Shown here: positions 33,608 through 41,086 of the stretch, one piece after another
Layout: each line of letters opens with the position of its first letter
Position numbering within the stretch: the first letter of the stretch is position 1
DNA from: a bacterium
GTDB taxonomy: Bacteria; Zhuqueibacterota; Zhuqueibacteria; Residuimicrobiales; Krinioviventaceae
Assembly: GCA_963674595.2 (NCBI GenBank)
Contig: CAXXFV010000016.1
Location: forward strand, 1 to 64,000
DNA length: 64,000 nt
Reading direction: 5' to 3'
Notes under the pieces: model-generated
What the model was told of the DNA's origin: nothing
Database searches by the model: none
The model's input: only the letters and a program-made list of their open reading frames with translations
Position numbers and translations under genes: made by a program

Positions 33608-34307
33608 AAAAAATATTCCAAATATACGATTTTGCAGGGTCTGTATGACATTCGGTCGTACAGGTCGCATTATCGTGGTCCCAACTTAAAGCTGCATTAA
33701 CTTCAGCATTTGGTGATGAATCGATGTGACCTGCATCTGAAAAATATGTTGGTGTTGAATGGCAGGTTTCACAGTTGATTGTGGTAAGGGCTAAATGGAG
33801 CTGATGTGCCCCAACACCGATGGCGGTCGTTAGAATATTGTTGTTCGTGTCTTCCGGGGGTGCTATGCTTGTGCTGCTGCCGTGACATGTATTACAACTT
33901 TCGGGGCCGCCTGATTTATGGCAGGTATAACAGGATGTAATCGTTCCGGCGCCTTTATAATCTGTTCCATGACAACTCTGACAGTTTTCCATGGACCAGT
34001 TGTGTTGGCGAATATAGTTGCCATGAAAATCCTCGGATGTTTGAACAATCCATTCTTCAACATGGGGAAATGTTACATGGCATGTTATACAGGCGGTTTT
34101 TGCTTCACCTCCGGAAAGGTCTGCTCCGTGACAGCTTGTACAGGAAGAGTAACCCACCGTGGCCACTTTTTTCCCATGAAAATTTTCTGAGGTTTGCTGC
34201 ATCCAGCTTTCCGGGTGTGTTTTAGAGGGAAGCGGATTTTTGTCGTCTGAACATGCAAAAAACAATGTTGAAATAAAGATGCTTGTTATGAACAAATATT
34301 TAAACAT
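33606..34307 (-). CDS. Lipoprotein multiheme cytochrome c (6 CxxCH + 1 CxxxCH)
   Basis: Lipobox FFAC; CTSCH, CITCH, CQSCH, CYTCH, CNTCH, CETCH, CTTECH; GVGAHQLH; start placed at ATG 34307. Confidence 0.88.
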   Translation of the reverse strand: MFKYLFITSIFISTLFFACSDDKNPLPSKTHPESWMQQTSENFHGKKVATVGYSSCTSCHGADLSGGEAKTACITCHVTFPHVEEWIVQTSEDFHGNYIRQHNWSMENCQSCHGTDYKGAGTITSCYTCHKSGGPESCNTCHGSSTSIAPPEDTNNNILTTAIGVGAHQLHLALTTINCETCHSTPTYFSDAGHIDSSPNAEVNAALSWDHDNATCTTECHTDPAKSYIWNIF

Positions 34308-34344
34308 GGTAAACGCCTTTCGGAGTTGACGCCATTTGTTTTGT

Positions 34345-35229
34345 TTAATTAGCTTGGTGACACTGAACGCAAACAAGATCGCCAAAAGATTCGTTATGAC
34401 AACTCATACATTGATCAAGGTCCTGATGGGCCGCTCTTTTATGACCTCCACCCGTGGTTTTATTGGACCAACCGGCGCTGGCATGTGTGCGAGGCATAAC
34501 CATTTGTTCCTGGTGGCAGGTTACACAAAAGGCCAATTCTTCGTGACATGTATAACAATTTTCCTTGTTTCCTTTTGCCTGAATTGCGTGATTGTTGACA
34601 AAGTTAAGAGGATGAACCTTATGGTCCAGATTGTCACCCGTGTGACAGGTCAGGCATTGATTTTCCGTATGACAAACTTTACATTCGTCTTCTGAAGTTT
34701 GGCTGATAATGCCATGGGCCGTTTGCCAGGCAAGATTATGGTCTTTGGGTTTCAGGTTTTCATCTTTTGAATGGCAAGATAGGCAATAATCCACCTGGTC
34801 CATATCATTATGACAGGTAACACAGGTTGCCATTGGCGGTAAATGTTTATCAAAAATATTATTGCTTTGTTCAATATCCTGGTGACATTGTGAACAGGGG
34901 ATCTCTTTTTCGATATGAGCAGCATGTGGGAAAAAGGCAATATAATCGGTTATTCGCGGATAAACAACGGCATTATCCGGGTTTTTATGACATAAACTGC
35001 ATTCGGCATCCTGATCGTGACAGGCATAGCATGTTTCCATTTCCGGCAACAGATTGTCCGTTGGTTTCAGACTGCTGTCTGCTCCCGCATGACAGTCGGA
35101 ACAGGCCGCTCCTACAGATTCAGCATGAAGTTTGTGCGAAAAGATCAGTTCAACCTGTTGCTGCGCATACATTGTTGAAACACCTGTTAAAAGGAACAGT
35201 AGAAATATAGTTAGAGTTTTTAAATTCAT
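34345..35229 (-). CDS. Periplasmic 12-heme cytochrome c (c3/c7-like repeats)
   Basis: Sec-pathway signal peptide; 12 CxxCH motifs; FSHKLH and FPHAAH distal-His motifs. Confidence 0.9.
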   Translation of the reverse strand: MNLKTLTIFLLFLLTGVSTMYAQQQVELIFSHKLHAESVGAACSDCHAGADSSLKPTDNLLPEMETCYACHDQDAECSLCHKNPDNAVVYPRITDYIAFFPHAAHIEKEIPCSQCHQDIEQSNNIFDKHLPPMATCVTCHNDMDQVDYCLSCHSKDENLKPKDHNLAWQTAHGIISQTSEDECKVCHTENQCLTCHTGDNLDHKVHPLNFVNNHAIQAKGNKENCYTCHEELAFCVTCHQEQMVMPRTHASAGWSNKTTGGGHKRAAHQDLDQCMSCHNESFGDLVCVQCHQAN

Positions 35230-35246
35230 TTTTTTGTCCCTCTGTA

Positions 35247-36431
35247 TTACCAGCTAAAGGAAATATGATTCAGAAAACGGGAATCATTATCTTTAAAACG
35301 GTTACTCAACCATTGATATTCAATATCTATCATAAAATGTCGATTCGGGTGCCAGGACAGACGTGCTGCATTTGCCAGCAGGTTGTCGTACTCGTAAATT
35401 TCTTCTGTGCGGTATTTTGAATAATCCAGATTTATTGAGGCAATCAGATCATTCATAACTTCCTGAGAATAATCGAGTACAACGCCTGTTTGGTCTCCGG
35501 CATATCCTGATTCATACAGAAAACCGACACTTGCGTTCATGTGACTGAATGTAAAATATAGTTTGTTGGCATTACCGTCATCAAACTGTACATATTTATA
35601 ATCTGCATTAATAAAAAAGTCTGAAATAAATTCCCAATCGGCGCCGGTGTGATATTGGGTATAAGCTTCCGGGGAAAAAATGGAGTAAAATGAATCGGCA
35701 TATATTTGGGGAAATTGGCTTTTGAAACCGGCACGGAGGGCAATTTGGGGATTTACCGTATACCGGGCATAAGCCAACATTCTGTGTAATTGTTCGTTTT
35801 CAATATCATAATGCGCCTGAATGCGAACCTGAGTACGAGGTAAAAGAGAGTTACTCAGATTTATACCTGCCAGGTGCCAGAAAATTTCATTTTTATTTGC
35901 TTTTTGCAGGTAAAAGGGTTGAATTGTGGTAGAATAAATATTTTTTAAATTTATTAAACCACCAATAATTTGACTGTCGTCGGTCTCATAAACTTTAAAA
36001 GAACGCTGGAAATGGGTTTCAACGCCGCCATATATATGAACGGAGAGGTTTTTAAGTATCCTGCTTTTTAAATAGATACCATCAAGACCGCCTAATACGG
36101 TCCCGGGGTGGCGGAATTGTCTTCCGATGGTTAAATCAATTCTGTTTAATAAATTTTTGACCTCAAGGTTTAGAACATAGGCTTTAAAACGCTCTTCACT
36201 GTTCAGCGACTCCTGAGTATCGGTCAGCCCTCGAAGAGAAGAATTGATTATAATTCGATTGTTCCACGTGCGCAAACTCATTCGGGCGTATTGATAAATC
36301 CGAGTGGTTGATTCGATGTCTTTATAACTGTATATCGAATTTTTTACACTGCCGTGAAAAATTAAATTTGTTGCTTTAACGTTGGTAACAACAAAAAGTG
36401 AAACGAGCAATAAAACAAGAATCTTTTTCAT
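35247..36431 (-). CDS. Outer-membrane beta-barrel (putative porin of a porin-cytochrome conduit)
   Basis: Signal peptide; alternating beta strands; GRQF and LDG motifs; C-terminal ISFSW; flanked by multiheme cytochromes. Confidence 0.72.
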   Translation of the reverse strand: MKKILVLLLVSLFVVTNVKATNLIFHGSVKNSIYSYKDIESTTRIYQYARMSLRTWNNRIIINSSLRGLTDTQESLNSEERFKAYVLNLEVKNLLNRIDLTIGRQFRHPGTVLGGLDGIYLKSRILKNLSVHIYGGVETHFQRSFKVYETDDSQIIGGLINLKNIYSTTIQPFYLQKANKNEIFWHLAGINLSNSLLPRTQVRIQAHYDIENEQLHRMLAYARYTVNPQIALRAGFKSQFPQIYADSFYSIFSPEAYTQYHTGADWEFISDFFINADYKYVQFDDGNANKLYFTFSHMNASVGFLYESGYAGDQTGVVLDYSQEVMNDLIASINLDYSKYRTEEIYEYDNLLANAARLSWHPNRHFMIDIEYQWLSNRFKDNDSRFLNHISFSW

Positions 36432-36470
36432 AATAATTCCCGCGATTTTTTATGTGAACCGCGCTTAAAT

Positions 36471-36496
36471 AGGCAGCCATCTATTGATGACTGCCT
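36471..36496 (-). terminator. Intra-operon hairpin (partial terminator or mRNA stabiliser)
   Basis: AGGCAGCCATC-TATT-GATGACTGCCT after the rhodanese stop, with only a short T tail. Confidence 0.55.
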
Positions 36497-36509
36497 GAAA
36501 AGAGTTTAA

Positions 36510-37514
36510 TTATTTTATAATAATATCCGAATAATCTGCTGCAGGAGGTGTATATTTTGATTTTGTCAAGCTGTTATAGGCAAATCCGTTAACACCATAA
36601 AGTAAACTTTTTGCGTCATAGCCGAGTATTTGCAGATAAGCAGCTATCTGTGCCGATGTTTGACCTGTATAGCAATAGATAACAATGGTTTTATCCGTTG
36701 GTAAATATTTCAGCATGGCATCTTTTTTTAGAGATGTTTTGGGTTCATAACAAAAAGCACCTTCAATATGTCCGGGATTCAGGTACTCGGCTTTTGGCCA
36801 ATAGTTGATAATAAAATAATTGCCGGGATTTGCGAAAACAGTGGCAGCACTGATATTTCCCCATCCGCTGGTTGCCAGAATATCTTTTACCCGTTCTTTA
36901 ATTATGTCTTCGGCTGACGTTTTGCCTGTTGACAAGGTCGGATAAGTTTGTTCAGTGGTCGGTGTTAAATCTGTAGTTTTTAACTGGGAAGCAAATTCAT
37001 CACCGGCAATTTGGTTTATCCACTTGTCTGTGCCGTTAATGCTGTTATCTGCAACAACAGAGCACATGGCAAATAACAGGTTTTGTGCATCATAACCCAG
37101 CATGTTTAAAACGGCTGTTGCCCAGCTTGCTGTTTGCCCGGTATAACAGATATTCAAAATGGTTTTGGTTTTGGGAATTGTACCATCGTTAATTTTGGTA
37201 ACAAGATCGCCGATTGCCATATTAACAGCACCGATAATATGTCCGGATGTATAATCAGCGGCTGATCTGTAATCAATGATATATGGATCATTGCTAGTGT
37301 CACCATCGGTTAAGAGGGTTTTAACATCTGCAATTGAAATGTTTACAGATTTTCCGCTTGTGGAAGTATAACTGCTAAAATATTGATTGCCGACGGATTC
37401 AACGAGATTAAACTCAACTATTTGTTCTTGTGTTTCAGCCGGGTTGTCATCGTCGCTGCAAGCTGTAATAATAATAAAAAGTCCGAGGAAGAGAATTAGA
37501 AACCGTTTTAACAT
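36510..37514 (-). CDS. Tandem-domain rhodanese (sulfurtransferase) lipoprotein
   Basis: Lipobox ITAC; IDYRS..DY..GHI.GA and GHIEGA motifs; two CYTGQT active-site loops. Confidence 0.9.
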   Translation of the reverse strand: MLKRFLILFLGLFIIITACSDDDNPAETQEQIVEFNLVESVGNQYFSSYTSTSGKSVNISIADVKTLLTDGDTSNDPYIIDYRSAADYTSGHIIGAVNMAIGDLVTKINDGTIPKTKTILNICYTGQTASWATAVLNMLGYDAQNLLFAMCSVVADNSINGTDKWINQIAGDEFASQLKTTDLTPTTEQTYPTLSTGKTSAEDIIKERVKDILATSGWGNISAATVFANPGNYFIINYWPKAEYLNPGHIEGAFCYEPKTSLKKDAMLKYLPTDKTIVIYCYTGQTSAQIAAYLQILGYDAKSLLYGVNGFAYNSLTKSKYTPPAADYSDIIIK

Positions 37515-37554
37515 GTTTGATCTCCTTACAAAAAAGGTTAATATATTTATTCAA

Positions 37555-38847
37555 TTAGTTTTTCGTTAATACGATTTGTTTATTAGCGTCGATTTCATTG
37601 GGATCAAGATCGTCGCTAGTTAAATAATAATCTGAATTATGACATTTGGAACCACATGATCCGGCATCATTGCGTGTGTCTGTTTGCGGCGTCCATCGTT
37701 GAATATTATGTGGCGTAGCATATTTCCATGTTGTTTCGGAAGAATAGTTGGGTAAATCTGCGATACCCCAACTGGCATAGGTGTCGCGTGAAATCGGTAT
37801 ATGACGAACGGTTACGATTTTATAGTTACGATCTGCTGACCGGATCGGATTTCGGGCGATTTTAAAATCCATATAAGAACTTCCGGTAATACCTTGCCCG
37901 CCGGTGTGGCAGGAGTTACAATTTTTGTATGATTGTGAATGGCAAACCTGACAGGAAAGTTCGCCCCAATGCATATTATGATAATTGTTTGCGTTTTCTT
38001 TGTCCTGATGACAGTCTTCACACCGGACCATGTCCTGATCTTCGTATCTGTGTTCCGCCGCTACAGAGCTGCTGTGCATTGCATCTTCTGAATGGCAAAA
38101 TGTGCAGCGTTTAACATTCGGAATCCAATGGACATCAGGGTTAATGCCTGCATTTTCGCCAAAATATTCTGCTCCGACACGGCTGCCGTGACATGCAGTA
38201 CAGTTATTCCGCATATCAGGTTCTTTTTGAAAAGTGTGTCCGTTTAAAAAACCACCATCCACGGAAACCGGACGTGAAACATGACATTGTCCGCAGGAGG
38301 CATGGCACTTTCCACATTCCGCATCAAATTTGTCAACAAGGTCCGGATTTGTTGAAATATCATATCCCAGTCGTTTTTCAATTCTTTTGTAATACCCTTT
38401 GACGTTGTAATGTAAACTGTTTTGGTGTTTGGTCGTAACATCCGCGTGGCAACCTGCACAAAATTGTTCTGACGACGAACTTGGATAGGCGACAAGTCCT
38501 TTATGTGCAACATCTTTAGTTTCTGCTTTTGAATCACCTAAATGACAGGCTGTACAGCCCATTTCCCCATGTGTTGTGCTGAAAAAAGTTTGGTTTACAA
38601 GAACCATTTGCCAGGCCTCTAACTGAGACACGGATCCGCCTCAGCCTTCGCCTGCATCGCCCTCAACATCCGGGAGTGGATCTGCAACCTCTTTTAATAA
38701 AGCAGAATTTGTATGACAACCTATACAACCGTCACTACTTGCCATTTGAACCGTTTTTTGTTCAGCGGGGTATTTTTTTGTACATTGAATAGCCGCCAAG
38801 CAAATCAGCAAAGCAGTGAAAAGATAAGCTAAAAAACGATTTTGCAC
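37555..38847 (-). CDS. Predicted selenocysteine-containing multiheme cytochrome c lipoprotein (430 aa, Sec69, 10 CxxCH + 1 CxxxCH)
   Basis: GTG start with SD GGAG; in-frame GAA GGC TGA GGC GGA TCC GTG joins the 68-aa and 358-aa ORFs; SECIS-like hairpin directly downstream; only the upstream part has a signal peptide. Confidence 0.8.
38611..38633 (-). promoter_or_regulatory. Bacterial SECIS-like hairpin
   Basis: CCGUGUCUC-AGUUA-GAGGCCUGG; apical loop begins 16 nt after the UGA and has G at loop position 2. Confidence 0.7.
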
Positions 38848-38884
38848 GCTATACTCCAGATTATGGTTGATTTAGATTTGAAGC

Positions 38885-39352
38885 TTAATTTAGTGCCATG
38901 TTTCGGCTTTTAGTGTTTTCCTGAATGTATGTTTTGATTAATTGAATGATTGTTTGTGTAACAATATTGTCCGGTTCTATCTGTAAGGCATTTTCAAAAT
39001 ATATCAGAGATTTTTTAATGTCACAAAACAACCATAGCATTCCCATCATGTTGTGAAAATCCAGAGAATTTTTATTTTCATTGGGTCTTTTTTCTGCATT
39101 ATATACGAGCTCCGCACAAGGGCAGTCATCGTCAACAGCATTGGTGTTGATGATAAAAGAAATATCTTCTTTAATAAGAGGAACAAACAGTTCCAGAGCT
39201 TGGTCGATTTGAAATGTTTGTGTATAACTGACAACAAGCTTGCGACGAACTTGTTTATTTTTGGGATCATGTTGCAGTATTTCTTCAAGCTCTTTAACGG
39301 CGCCGGTATAGTTACGCGATAAAAAGTATTGGTTTCCAAGCATTTCAGACAT
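38885..39352 (-). CDS. TPR-repeat protein with DDDCPC motif
   Basis: LGNQYF..RNY..A...LE......P and ALQIEPDN TPR-like helices. Confidence 0.7.
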   Translation of the reverse strand: MSEMLGNQYFLSRNYTGAVKELEEILQHDPKNKQVRRKLVVSYTQTFQIDQALELFVPLIKEDISFIINTNAVDDDCPCAELVYNAEKRPNENKNSLDFHNMMGMLWLFCDIKKSLIYFENALQIEPDNIVTQTIIQLIKTYIQENTKSRNMALN

Positions 39353-39379
39353 GTATACTTCCTAATTTTGTTAAGAGTA

Positions 39380-39395
39380 TACAAATACCCTGCCA
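39380..39395 (-). promoter_or_regulatory. Probable sigma-54 promoter of the TPR/cytochrome operon
   Basis: Minus strand TGGCAG-GGTAT-TTGTA (GG-N10-GT, variant -12), adjacent to an enhancer-binding-protein gene. Confidence 0.5.
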
Positions 39396-39433
39396 TGCTG
39401 TAAGTTCAATAAATTCAATGGTGTTGTGAATGG

Positions 39434-39512
39434 TATTTTGAAACATTTCGTTTCAAAATATTTATAACTGCTTGTTAAATATTAATATATGTATTTTGAA
39501 ACAATATGTTTC
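39434..39512. promoter_or_regulatory. Two GAAACA-N3-YGTTTC inverted repeats (candidate activator sites)
   Basis: TATTTTGAAACATTTCGTTTCAAAATA at 39434 and TATTTTGAAACAATATGTTTC at 39492. Confidence 0.55.
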
Positions 39513-39526
39513 CTGAAACATCCTCG

Positions 39527-40846
39527 TTAAACAAGACCGTGTGTTTTCATACGACGCCAAAGCGTTGTTCTGCCGATTCCCAGTTCAGCGGCTGCTTTGC
39601 CTCGGTTCCAGTGGTGCTTTTCCAGCGTTTTGGCAATTTCATTATCCTGCTTTTTGATGTTCCTGGGTGTTACAGGCTTGATATTATCAAAACTAATACG
39701 AATATGAGCGGGGAGTTTTGTTTTTTCTATAACATCGTTATTTTTTGTTCTGGCAAAGGCATATTCGATGGTATTTTCCAATTCGCGAACATTTCCCGGC
39801 CAGTTGTAACGTAATAATATATCCATTGAATCGTCATCAATTTCATGAATATTCTTGTTATAAAGAAGTGAAAATTTATGGATAAAATGTTTGACCAAAT
39901 AGGGTATATCATCCAACCGTTCTCGCAATGGAGGAACATGAATGGGTATTACATTAAGTCGATAATAAAGGTCTTGGCGGAATTGACCGGATTCAAGCGC
40001 TTGTTCCAGGTTTTTATTGGTTGCGGCTATCACCCGAACATCGACATTGCGCGTCGTCGATTCTCCGATGCGCTCAAATGTACCTTCCTGCAAAATTCGA
40101 AGTAACTGCAACTGGGTTTGCTGCGGCATTTCTGCAACTTCATCCAGAAAAATTGTTCCTTTGTCTGCCAGCTCAAAGCGACCGACCCTGTCTTTAATTG
40201 ACCCTGTAAACGCTCCTTTTACATGGCCGAAAAGTTCACTGGCGAGTAACTGGTCCGGGAAAATAGAACAGTTTACTTTGATATACTTTTCATTTTTGCG
40301 ATAGGATGTCGTCTGAATAGCATTGGCAATCATCTCTTTTCCTGTCCCGGATTCACCCTGAATCAGAACAGCCGCGTCTGCATCGGCAATTTCATCAATC
40401 AATTCAAAAATTTCTATCATGGATTTATGATAACCGACAATACCATGATATTGTGTCTCTTTAATTAATTTCTTTTTGATGACCTCTACTTCCGAAATAT
40501 CCCGGAAAGAGATGATTCCGCCATAGGGTTCGTTATCACTATTATACAGAACCGACGAATTCATCTTGACATATATTATTTCGCCTTTTTCATTAACAAG
40601 CTTTGATTCGATGTCATATTTAGTTTGTCCCGATTCCAATACATGGGCTATTGGGCATTTGCCGGAACAAAGTCCGGTTTTACAAACATATTTACATATT
40701 TTACCAATAACGTTTTCGCGGTTTATCCCCAGTATGTCTTCTGCAGCACGGTTGATAAATGTAATTTTAAAATTTTTATCAACTGTAAAAACGCCTTCTC
40801 CGATTGAATCCAAAATGTCTCTTGTTTGTGGTTGTCGAATTGGCAA
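39527..40846 (-). CDS. PAS-domain sigma-54-dependent transcriptional activator (NtrC/Fis family)
   Basis: PAS domain; GESGTGKE, SELFGHVKGAFTGS, FLDEV, RVIAATN, DLYYRLNV, WPGNVREL; Fis-type HTH. Confidence 0.95.
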   Translation of the reverse strand: MPIRQPQTRDILDSIGEGVFTVDKNFKITFINRAAEDILGINRENVIGKICKYVCKTGLCSGKCPIAHVLESGQTKYDIESKLVNEKGEIIYVKMNSSVLYNSDNEPYGGIISFRDISEVEVIKKKLIKETQYHGIVGYHKSMIEIFELIDEIADADAAVLIQGESGTGKEMIANAIQTTSYRKNEKYIKVNCSIFPDQLLASELFGHVKGAFTGSIKDRVGRFELADKGTIFLDEVAEMPQQTQLQLLRILQEGTFERIGESTTRNVDVRVIAATNKNLEQALESGQFRQDLYYRLNVIPIHVPPLRERLDDIPYLVKHFIHKFSLLYNKNIHEIDDDSMDILLRYNWPGNVRELENTIEYAFARTKNNDVIEKTKLPAHIRISFDNIKPVTPRNIKKQDNEIAKTLEKHHWNRGKAAAELGIGRTTLWRRMKTHGLV

Positions 40847-40861
40847 CTTTTACCTCTTGTT

Positions 40862-40879
40862 TGTTTCAAGGTTGAAACA
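40862..40879. promoter_or_regulatory. Palindrome upstream of the regulator (possible autoregulatory site)
   Basis: TGTTTCAA-GG-TTGAAACA, sharing the TTGAAACA half-site with 39434-39512. Confidence 0.5.
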
Positions 40880-41086
40880 GTGGAACATTTTGTTTAAATG
40901 TAATTGATATATGTATTTGAATAAAGATATAATTTCTTTAATAACAGCCACTGCCTAAAAATAAGGTACCGAGTTTATTTTATTTATGTCTGTAACAAAC
41001 TGTAACTTGGTTTTATTGCAATATTTATATTGATTGTATGTTAATTTCTATTAAATTAATTCTATTCACACTTTTGGTATAGATTA

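Noticed and set aside
38641-38643. UGA reassigned to Trp or Gly genome-wide (code 4 or 25)
   Set aside because: RF2 is present with its UGA-dependent frameshift, and TGA ends ordinary genes (24548, 26327, 43363, 47344, 60506)
38884-38899. Second sigma-54 promoter TGGCACTAAATTAAGC before the selenocytochrome
   Set aside because: GG-to-GC spacing is 11 nt rather than the required 10, and it lies inside the TPR coding end
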